Positions 41,191 to 49,300 of a stretch of 64,000 nt of DNA are shown piece after piece. Position 1 is the first letter of the stretch. Every line of letters begins with the position of its first letter. Both the position numbers and the translations under genes were made by a program. The DNA lies in contig CAWFOM010000006.1 in assembly GCA_963817385.1 (NCBI GenBank), positions 128,001 to 192,000 on the forward strand. Direction: 5' to 3'. Source of the DNA: an uncultured delta proteobacterium. Lineage in GTDB: Bacteria; Desulfobacterota; Syntrophia; Syntrophales; UBA5619. Under the pieces are notes generated by a model that ran no database searches, had not been told where the DNA came from, and was given only the letters and a program-made list of their open reading frames with translations.

Positions 41191-42555
41191 ATGAAAGAAC
41201 ATCGTATCATCAAAAATCGCGAGTCGCTGCTGTCCCATGGCAGGAAAGAATTGCGAGAACACGCCCTGGATATCGCCAAGGCGGGCATATCCGGGAGAGA
41301 TCCGGGCCTAGGAACCCATAAGATCGTTAAACTCAGCGGGAGATCCCTCCGGGTGGGAGAGACAGAGTTCGATCTCGGGGAGGTCAACCGCATCTATGTC
41401 GTCGGAATGGGGAAGGGGGCCTTCCCGATAGCCGAAGCCCTGGAATCGATTCTGGGCGATCGTATCTTCCGGGGAGTGGTAGTGGTAAAAAAAGGCGAGA
41501 AACGCCGGCTGAAAAGGATTACCGTCACCGAAGGCGGCCATCCGATCCCCGATGAGGATAGCGTTGCGGGTGCCGGAAAGATCCTCGAAATCGCGGATCA
41601 AGCAGGTCCAAAGGATCTCGTATTTGTTGCGGTAACCGGCGGCGCCTCGGCGTTGGCGACCCTGTGCCCCGAGGGCATCATCCTTGCGGATATTCAAAAG
41701 GTAAATGAGCTCCTCCTCAACAGCGGGGCTCCGATTCGCCACATGAATACCGTGAGAAAGCACCTGTGCCTCCTGAAAGGCGGACGTCTGGTTTCCCGGA
41801 TCCAACCGGCTGAAGCCGTTACCTTGACCTTGGACACGAGACCCAAAGGGATGCTGTGGCCGGATGTGAGCCTCCCGGACGAAACCACGTTCCAGGACGC
41901 CATCGAGGTTCTCGAATTCTACGATCTTTGGGACGCCGTACCCGAGGCCGTGAGAAATTACCTGCTCAGGGGAACGCGGCAACCGGAGCTGGAAACCCTG
42001 AAGACGCTTGAGGGGGTCATGTCGTCCATCTTCTACGTCGGATCCCCCTTGGGCGTGCTCTCCGCGGCGGCGCAGAGCGCCGAGGCGCTGGGATATCAGC
42101 CGCATATTTTAGCGACGAATATCCAGGGGGAGTCTGTTGCCGCAGGGATCTGTCTGGCCGGCATCGCCAATGAAGTATTGCTCCGGAACAGGCCCTTTTC
42201 CGCCCCCTGCGCCCTTATCTCCGGCGGGGAAACGACCGCGGTCATCACCGCGAACTCCGGAGAGGGCGGGCCGAATCAGGAATTTATCCTGGGATTTGCC
42301 GGTGAGGTTGAAGAGGCCGATAATGTCGCGGCGATTGCCGTGGACACGGATGGAACAGACGGCCCCACCCAGATAGCAGGTGGTATCATCGATGGAGAGA
42401 CGTTAAAACGGGCGAAACTGCTCGGCATCGATATCAAAAAGTATTTGAAGAATCACGACAGTTCAACGGCCCTTTCAGGACTGGACGATGCCGTCATTAC
42501 CTGCAATACGGGAACCAATATGAAAAACCTTCGCATCATCTTGATAGGGAGATAA
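41191..42555 (+). CDS. Glycerate 2-kinase-like protein (DUF4147/MOFRL), divergent
   Basis: VVGMGKGA, GGHPIPD, TGGASAL, NTVRKH..KGG, SGGETT and TDGTDGPT motifs. Confidence 0.85.
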   Translation: MKEHRIIKNRESLLSHGRKELREHALDIAKAGISGRDPGLGTHKIVKLSGRSLRVGETEFDLGEVNRIYVVGMGKGAFPIAEALESILGDRIFRGVVVVKKGEKRRLKRITVTEGGHPIPDEDSVAGAGKILEIADQAGPKDLVFVAVTGGASALATLCPEGIILADIQKVNELLLNSGAPIRHMNTVRKHLCLLKGGRLVSRIQPAEAVTLTLDTRPKGMLWPDVSLPDETTFQDAIEVLEFYDLWDAVPEAVRNYLLRGTRQPELETLKTLEGVMSSIFYVGSPLGVLSAAAQSAEALGYQPHILATNIQGESVAAGICLAGIANEVLLRNRPFSAPCALISGGETTAVITANSGEGGPNQEFILGFAGEVEEADNVAAIAVDTDGTDGPTQIAGGIIDGETLKRAKLLGIDIKKYLKNHDSSTALSGLDDAVITCNTGTNMKNLRIILIGR

Positions 42556-42556
42556 C

Positions 42557-43795
42557 ATGTCCGTGCACCAGATAGAAAAAATCGAAGCTCGGGAGATCCT
42601 GAGCGCCGTGGGCCGTCCCACCATTCAGGTAACCGTGACGACAAAAAGCGGTAAAAGCGCGACCTCCTCGGTGCCCAGCGGCACTTCTAAGGGGAAATAT
42701 GAGGCAAAAGAGATTGTCGACGGCGGGACGCGTTTTCGAGGATTGGGCGTCCGGAAAGCGGTGGAAAATGTAAATACCGCGATCGCCCGAGCCCTTACCG
42801 GCATCGAGGTCACCAGGCAAAGAGAAATCGACAACACCATGTTGGATCTGGATGGTACCGAAGACAAGAGGAATCTGGGGGGAAACGCCATTCTGGCGGT
42901 CTCTCTGGCGGTGGCGCGTGCAGGGGCCGGTTGTGTCGGGCTCCCGCTGTACAGGTACATCGGCGGGTTGGGCGCGAACCGTCTGCCCATGCCGCTTGCG
43001 ACTATCATATCGGGTGGCAGGCATTCGGCCTCCAAGCTGGCTTTTGAGGACTACATGCTGGTTTTCAGCGGTTTTACCGTTTTTTCTCAAGCCGTGGAAG
43101 CTTTGATGGAAGTCAGATATTACCTCGAAAAAAGCCTTAAAAAGCGGTTTGACTACCTTTCGGAAAAGGGAGGGGCCTTTGCGCCGCCGATCGAAAACGA
43201 TGAGGAAGCCCTGGAACTTATACTGGAATCCATTGAGAAAACCGGTTATTCACACAGAATCTCATTGGGTCTGGACGTAGTGGGCAGCGACCTGTACGAT
43301 TCCGAAAACACCTGTTACCGCTTACACGGGAAGAGTGTGTCGGCCGAAGAGTTATTGGTCTATTTTATCACCTTGACCAAAACCTATCCAATCACCCTGA
43401 TTGAAGATCCTTTTCATGAGGATGATTTTGAAAACTTCGCGAAACTCGCAGCCGTCCTGCCCAAAACCCTGATTGTAGGAGACGATCTTTTCACGACAAA
43501 CCCGGAGAGAATCCGGAAGGGTGTTGAACTGAAAGCGGGTAACGCACTGCTTTTGAAAGTAAACCAGATTGGAACGCTCACCGAGTCGGTGGAGGCCGGT
43601 CTTCTGGCCCGGAAAAACAGCTACGAGGTAATCGTTTCGGTGCGCTCCGGTGATACTGTCGATGATTTCATCACCGATCTGGCAGTGGGAATCGGGGCGG
43701 GTTACATCAAGCTTGGTTCACCGGTACGCGGCGAACGGAGTGCAAAATACAACCGCCTCCTGGAAATTGAACTGGAAACGGCAAGTGTGAGATAG
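42557..43795 (+). CDS. Enolase-like protein with a non-canonical active site
   Basis: VPSGTS, GGNAILAVS, IEDP, VGDDL, LLKVNQIG, RSG and AKYNRL motifs; QEF, GDEGG and SHRS motifs altered. Confidence 0.85.
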   Translation: MSVHQIEKIEAREILSAVGRPTIQVTVTTKSGKSATSSVPSGTSKGKYEAKEIVDGGTRFRGLGVRKAVENVNTAIARALTGIEVTRQREIDNTMLDLDGTEDKRNLGGNAILAVSLAVARAGAGCVGLPLYRYIGGLGANRLPMPLATIISGGRHSASKLAFEDYMLVFSGFTVFSQAVEALMEVRYYLEKSLKKRFDYLSEKGGAFAPPIENDEEALELILESIEKTGYSHRISLGLDVVGSDLYDSENTCYRLHGKSVSAEELLVYFITLTKTYPITLIEDPFHEDDFENFAKLAAVLPKTLIVGDDLFTTNPERIRKGVELKAGNALLLKVNQIGTLTESVEAGLLARKNSYEVIVSVRSGDTVDDFITDLAVGIGAGYIKLGSPVRGERSAKYNRLLEIELETASVR

Positions 43796-43871
43796 GCCGA
43801 TAAGGGGCGACGAGCGGCAGATACCTTGAAAATTCCCCTCGCCCGAAATTCCCGCGTCCCTGGAGGCGCCC

Positions 43872-43899
43872 AACGGGGACGAGGCGCACACCTGAGGGG
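43872..43899 (+). repeat. Direct repeat (copy of polA 3' end), right copy
   Basis: AACGGGGACGAGGCGCACACCTGAGGGG. Confidence 0.8.
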
Positions 43900-43955
43900 G
43901 GAGGGGTGTTTAACCGGTCCGAATGGGGTTTCAAACGGTATCCGCAAAATAAAGG

Positions 43956-44030
43956 TTGCCGTCGGGCGGGCAATGGTGTATGAGAGCCACCGACATGTGA
44001 ACCACGGGGATCACCCCCTGTGGTTTTTTA
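43956..44030 (+). promoter_or_regulatory. Putative promoter and premature terminator (attenuator) upstream of ABC-F
   Basis: TTGCCG-17-TATGAG, then ATGTGA abutting AACCACGGGG-loop-CCCTGTGGTT-TTTT, 45 bp before the start codon. Confidence 0.5.
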
Positions 44031-44074
44031 TTTGTGCGGAAAATATATCCGGGAAATCGAAAAGGAATGGAAGC

Positions 44075-45655
44075 ATGATCAACGTATCCAACGTCACCCT
44101 TGCCTACGGCAGGAAGGTGCTGTTCAAAGAGGTCAATATCAAGTTCACGCCGGGGAACTGCTACGGCGTCATCGGCGCCAACGGTTCGGGGAAATCGACC
44201 TTCCTCAAAATCCTCTCCGGCGATGTGGAGCAGGACAAGGGCGAGGTCTCCATCGGCCCCCGGGAGAGGATCTCGGTGCTGAGCCAGGACCAGTTCGCCT
44301 TCGACGATGAGACCGTCATCGACACCGTCATCATGGGGCACAAACGGCTCTACGAGGTGAAGGCTGCGCGCGAGGCGATTTACGCCAAGCCCGAGTTTAC
44401 GGAAGAGGACGGGGTCCGCTCCGCGGAGCTCGAGGCGGAGTTCGCCGAGATGAACGGGTATGAGGCCGAGTCCGAGGCGGCAGTGCTCCTCAAAGGCCTC
44501 GGCATCCCCGAATCGCTCTGCGCCAGGAAGATGAAGGAGCTCGACGGGGGGAACAAGGTGCGCGTCCTTCTCGCCCGGGCCCTCTTCGGCAATCCGGATG
44601 TCCTCCTCCTCGACGAGCCGACGAACCACCTGGACCTCCGCTCCATCGCCTGGCTGGAGGATTTCCTCTGCCGGTTCCGCAACACCGTCATCGTCGTCTC
44701 CCATGACCGCCACTTCCTCAACCAGGTCTGCACCCACATCGCGGATATCGATTTCGGCCAGATCCGGGTGTACACGGGCAACTACGACTTCTGGTACCAG
44801 GCGAGCCAGCTCATCCTGAAACAGAAGCAGAACGAAAACCGCAAGGCCGCCGAAAAGGCGGAGGACCTCAAGGCCTTCATCCAGCGGTTCAGCGCCAACG
44901 CCTCCAAGTCGAAGCAGGCCACGTCCCGCAAGAAGCTCCTGGAGAAGCTGACCATCGAGGATATGCCGGTCTCCTCGCGGAAGTACCCGTTCATCCAGTT
45001 CAAGCCCGAGCGCCCCTGCGGAAACACGGTCCTGGAGATCACGGGCCTCGGCAAGGAGATCCAGGGGGTATCCGTGTTGAACAACCTGAACCTCACCGTG
45101 AGGAAGGGGGACAAGATCGCCTTTGTCGGCGGCGACGGCCTGGCCAAGACGACCCTCTTCCAGATCCTGGTCGGTGAGATGCAGCCGGACAGCGGCAGTT
45201 TCCGCTGGGGGCAGACGATCACCCACGCCTATTTCCCGAAGGAGAACAGCGCCTACTTCCGGGGCGATCTGAACCTGATCGACTGGCTCTGCCAGTTTCC
45301 CCCCTGCGACGGGGAGAGCTTCGCCCGGGGATTCCTCGGGAGGATGCTCTTCTCGGGGGACGAGGCGCTCAAGAAGACAAGTGTCCTGTCCGGAGGTGAG
45401 CAGGTCCGCTGCATGCTTTCCCGGATGATGCTCACCGGCGCCAACACCCTCATCCTGGACGAGCCGACGAACCACCTGGATCTCGAATCGCTCACCGCCC
45501 TGAACAACGGGCTCATCGCCTTTCCGGAGGTGCTGCTCCTGGCCTCCCGCGATCACGAGCTGGTGTCCACCGTGGCGAACCGGATCGTGGAGATTACCCC
45601 CGACGGGGTGATCGATCGGGTGATGGGATTTGAAGAGTACCTGGAAGCGGGTTGA
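44075..45655 (+). CDS. ABC-F family ATPase (YbiT/YkpA-like)
   Basis: Two NBDs (GANGSGKST; LDEPTNHLD twice), KSKQATSRKK linker, no TM domain. Confidence 0.92.
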   Translation: MINVSNVTLAYGRKVLFKEVNIKFTPGNCYGVIGANGSGKSTFLKILSGDVEQDKGEVSIGPRERISVLSQDQFAFDDETVIDTVIMGHKRLYEVKAAREAIYAKPEFTEEDGVRSAELEAEFAEMNGYEAESEAAVLLKGLGIPESLCARKMKELDGGNKVRVLLARALFGNPDVLLLDEPTNHLDLRSIAWLEDFLCRFRNTVIVVSHDRHFLNQVCTHIADIDFGQIRVYTGNYDFWYQASQLILKQKQNENRKAAEKAEDLKAFIQRFSANASKSKQATSRKKLLEKLTIEDMPVSSRKYPFIQFKPERPCGNTVLEITGLGKEIQGVSVLNNLNLTVRKGDKIAFVGGDGLAKTTLFQILVGEMQPDSGSFRWGQTITHAYFPKENSAYFRGDLNLIDWLCQFPPCDGESFARGFLGRMLFSGDEALKKTSVLSGGEQVRCMLSRMMLTGANTLILDEPTNHLDLESLTALNNGLIAFPEVLLLASRDHELVSTVANRIVEITPDGVIDRVMGFEEYLEAG

Positions 45656-45665
45656 GCGACGAGGC

Positions 45666-48600
45666 CTACGGCTGATTGTGAGGTTGCAGTCCATGAAATC
45701 GGGGCCGTATTCGAGCCCTTGCGGAGGTCTCGGCCGCGATGCTGTTCTGCACCAGCAGGAAAAAGTCGTGCTCCGGCAACGGTTTGCTGAAATAGTATCC
45801 CTGCATCTCGTCGCATCCGTGGGCGTGCAGGAAGCTTAACTGCTCCCCGGTCTCGGTCCCTTCGGCGATTACTTTGAGTTTTAGGCCATGTGCCATCGCG
45901 ATGATCGCCTGGGTGATTGCGGCATCATCGCCGTCCAGAGGCAGGTCCCTGATGAACGAGCGATCGATTTTCACGCTATCTATGGGGAAGCGCTTGAGAT
46001 AACTAAGCGACGAATAGCCGGTGCCGAAGTCATCAATCGAAATACTTATTCCGATAGCTTTCAGTTTGTTCAGCAGTTCTATCGCATGCTCCGGATCGTG
46101 CATTACCATGCTCTCAGTGATCTCGAGTTCCAAGAAAGTCGCATCCAGTCCGGTTTCGTTCAGCACCCTTAACACATCCTGCACCAGGTATTCGTTGGTG
46201 AACTGACGTGCCGACAGGTTCACCGCGATACACAGCGGCGGCAGCCCCTGTTCCTGCCAGGACTTGTTTCGGGCGCAGGCGGTCCTCAGCACCCATTCGC
46301 CGATCGGGACGATCAGACCGGTTTCCTCCGCCAACGGGATGAACTGCATGGGAGGGATCAGTCCTTTGGTTGGATGCTGCCAGCGCACCAGCGCCTCCAT
46401 GCCGATGATGTGTCCGCTGCGGATATCGACCTTGGGCTGGTAATGGAGCACGAACTCGTTGCGCTCCAGGGCGCGGCGCAGGTCGGATTCCAGCGCCAGG
46501 CGTTCCAGAGTATGGATGTTCATCTGCGACGAGTAGAACTGAAAGTTGTTCTTGCCCAGTTCCTTGGCGCGGTACATCGCGACGTCCGCATTCTTCAGCA
46601 GGCTCTGCAGGTCCTCGCTATCGGCAGGATACGTGCTGATGCCGATGCTTGCGGTGAGATGAAATTCCTGTGTGTCGAGGGCGAACGGCCTGGCGACGGC
46701 AGTGAGGATTTTTTGCGCCACCTCGGCGCAGTGCATCGACTGCGGCATTCCCTCGAGTAGCACCACGAACTCGTCCCCGCTAAGACGACCGACGGTATCG
46801 CTTTCGCGCAAGCATTCGTGCAGCCGTCCCGCGACTTCCTTGAGCACGCTATCTCCGGCTTCGTGGCCGAGCGTATCGTTGATATTCTTGAAGCGGTCGA
46901 GGTCGATGAACAGGACCGCCAATTGCGTGTCGTTCCGCCGCGCCTGGGCGATTGCGTGGCTGAGGCGCTGACTGAACATGCTGCGGTTGGCCAACCCGGT
47001 GAGCTCGTCATAATGCGCGAGATGACGGATGCGCTCCTCGGCCTGCTTGCGCGCGATGAACAGGCCGATCTGGCTGCCGATCGCGCGCGTGCTCTGCAAC
47101 AGCGCTTCGTCGGGCGGACGGCTGGTGAGGCTGAAAAACTCCATGACGCCGAGGGTGTCATTGCCGGACCGGATCGGAAACGCAAAAGCCCCGTGTAACC
47201 CCGCCTTCACCGCGAGTGGGGCGCGCCGGAATCTCGCGTCCTGAGTCACATCGTTAACCCATACGGGCTCGCCGCTGCTCCGCGCGCGTGTGAACAGTCC
47301 GCCCGACATGTGCAGTGGGTGCCTGTACTGGCGGTTGCTCTCCGCAAACTCCATGATTTCGGTGGACGGAACACTCCAGATCTCGGCACACGCCATCTCC
47401 TGCTCGTGCGCGTCCTCGATCCAGTAAGCACCGCAGGTGCAGCCGAAGGCTTCGCCGATGATTTGGATGATTTTTGACATGATTCCGCTCGATCGATCGG
47501 CTTCGGACAACAAACGGGTCACGGCGTGTTCCAGAGTCCGCCGCTGTTCTGCCTGTTTGCGCTCGGTGATATCGACGATGGTGCCGATCAATCCCGCAAT
47601 GCCGCCGTCGGCGCCGGTAAAGGTGGCCTTGTAGTAAATCGTGTTATGTAGTTCTCCGTCGGCGGTCGTGATGGTCGTCTCGGAGGACCTGGCCCCTGGG
47701 TGGTCCCACAGCGCCTGATCGTCCTCGTGCAGCCGCTGCGCGATTTCGGGGTTTCCGGGGTAAAGGTCGTGCACGGTCTTGCCCAGGAATGCCTGGCGCG
47801 GTATGCCGAAGAAGGTTTCCCATGCCTTATTGACTCCGAGATAGCGTCCGTCGGTAGCCTTGAAATAAATCGGGTTTGGCAGCACCTCGATCAGTTCCTG
47901 CGTCCTGCGCTGCTCTTCGGTGAGCCTGGCCTGGCTCTCGCGCAAATCGGTCGTCATTTGCGCGGCAAGCGTTTGCGCCCGCTGCCGTGAGCCGGCCAGT
48001 GAGTTGATCAAACCGACCAACAGCAGGCTTGCCATCAGCACCGCGGCCAGCGCGGCCCAGGGCAGCACATGATCGGCAGGGCGAAAAAAGTGCTCCTGCG
48101 GAGCGCTAAATTTCAGTCCCCAGCGGCGCTGGCCGACATCGATGGTGACAGAATCCTTAAAAACCGCGCCGGATTGAGGTGGGCGTGAAGAGGCGTTCGA
48201 GTACAGCTCCTGTGGCATTGGTTTCGGGTCGCTGTCAACGTAGCCCGCATCGGTGATAATCAAAGTGAACTTCTCGTAGCCTTCGCCGGACAGCATGCGC
48301 TGTACCAATTCGTCCACCACGAAGGTCACGTTTGCGAGGCCGATAAAAGCCTTACGGCGTTGCTCAACATCGGGCACAAATGCATCCTTGCGATACAGCG
48401 CCAGACGTATGACTACCCCGGTCTCGCTCTGGGTCGGGTCGATTGCCAGGATAAGGCGCCCCGACAGGGTCGGCATGCCCGTATCGCGTGCCCGCTCAAC
48501 CAGGGCCATACGTTTCTCGTCTGAAGCGAGGTCATAGCCCAATGCCGCTTTATTGACGTGTAGAGGTTCGATATACGTGATCACGGAGTATTCGGACCGC

Positions 48601-49064
48601 TCCCCGGCGGGCTTGATGACGACATTTCTGATGCCACGCCGGACGAGTTCGGGATCGAGGCGCAACTGCCTTTCAAATTCCGCTTTCGCGGAAGCCGGCA
48701 CGCGATGGGCGTAGGAAACCGAGCGGACACCGGGATAGCGCAAGGGCAGATTCAACGCATAAACGTAACGGTTGAAAGCGGCGTGGCTGACTACGGGCTC
48801 GGCCTGGAACAAACCTTGCAAACCGTACAGCAAAGTGGTGTAACTGCGTATGTGCGTCTGAGCGGTTGCTGCGACAGCACTCGTTGCGGACTGGAACTTG
48901 AAGCGTGCGTCGCGCTCGACCATGGCCCGAGTGAAAAACCACGCAGCGACGGACAACACAAGACCAATCGCCAGCACCATCCATGCTGCCCAGCGTCCGC
49001 TTGCCCATAGCAACCTGGGAAACGATAATAGCGATACGCGCGCTGCCTTTGTGTTGTTTGTCAT
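45666..49064 (-). CDS. CHASE-PAS-GAF diguanylate cyclase/phosphodiesterase (GGDEF-EAL)
   Basis: Two TM segments around a CHASE-like region (ALGYDL), PAS, GAF, DLDRFK..SGDEF, EALVRW and DDFGTGYSS. Confidence 0.93.
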   Translation of the reverse strand: MTNNTKAARVSLLSFPRLLWASGRWAAWMVLAIGLVLSVAAWFFTRAMVERDARFKFQSATSAVAATAQTHIRSYTTLLYGLQGLFQAEPVVSHAAFNRYVYALNLPLRYPGVRSVSYAHRVPASAKAEFERQLRLDPELVRRGIRNVVIKPAGERSEYSVITYIEPLHVNKAALGYDLASDEKRMALVERARDTGMPTLSGRLILAIDPTQSETGVVIRLALYRKDAFVPDVEQRRKAFIGLANVTFVVDELVQRMLSGEGYEKFTLIITDAGYVDSDPKPMPQELYSNASSRPPQSGAVFKDSVTIDVGQRRWGLKFSAPQEHFFRPADHVLPWAALAAVLMASLLLVGLINSLAGSRQRAQTLAAQMTTDLRESQARLTEEQRRTQELIEVLPNPIYFKATDGRYLGVNKAWETFFGIPRQAFLGKTVHDLYPGNPEIAQRLHEDDQALWDHPGARSSETTITTADGELHNTIYYKATFTGADGGIAGLIGTIVDITERKQAEQRRTLEHAVTRLLSEADRSSGIMSKIIQIIGEAFGCTCGAYWIEDAHEQEMACAEIWSVPSTEIMEFAESNRQYRHPLHMSGGLFTRARSSGEPVWVNDVTQDARFRRAPLAVKAGLHGAFAFPIRSGNDTLGVMEFFSLTSRPPDEALLQSTRAIGSQIGLFIARKQAEERIRHLAHYDELTGLANRSMFSQRLSHAIAQARRNDTQLAVLFIDLDRFKNINDTLGHEAGDSVLKEVAGRLHECLRESDTVGRLSGDEFVVLLEGMPQSMHCAEVAQKILTAVARPFALDTQEFHLTASIGISTYPADSEDLQSLLKNADVAMYRAKELGKNNFQFYSSQMNIHTLERLALESDLRRALERNEFVLHYQPKVDIRSGHIIGMEALVRWQHPTKGLIPPMQFIPLAEETGLIVPIGEWVLRTACARNKSWQEQGLPPLCIAVNLSARQFTNEYLVQDVLRVLNETGLDATFLELEITESMVMHDPEHAIELLNKLKAIGISISIDDFGTGYSSLSYLKRFPIDSVKIDRSFIRDLPLDGDDAAITQAIIAMAHGLKLKVIAEGTETGEQLSFLHAHGCDEMQGYYFSKPLPEHDFFLLVQNSIAAETSARARIRPRFHGLQPHNQP

Positions 49065-49300
49065 TTGCCGGTCTCACAAAATAAAAAAAGACGAGAGCCA
49101 CCTGTGCCGTCTTGTCTTTTACCGGAGTCCATCATTTTACCGTTGGTCTATAAGGGTGACAATCACCATGATGACTCTGTTTTTTTTGCGATTACGTGCA
49201 GTAGATTAGACTCAATACGTACGTCGCAGCATCTCGTCTATTTAATATATCGGCATATTCCCTATAATACTTGAAAGGGATAAAACAATTGGCTGCCGGC

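Noticed and set aside
43931..45694. Long antisense ORFs (e.g. 43931-45694, 31734-33413, 49271-50926, 57085-58563)
   Set aside because: Shadow ORFs of GC-rich genes on the opposite strand, with no recognisable motifs
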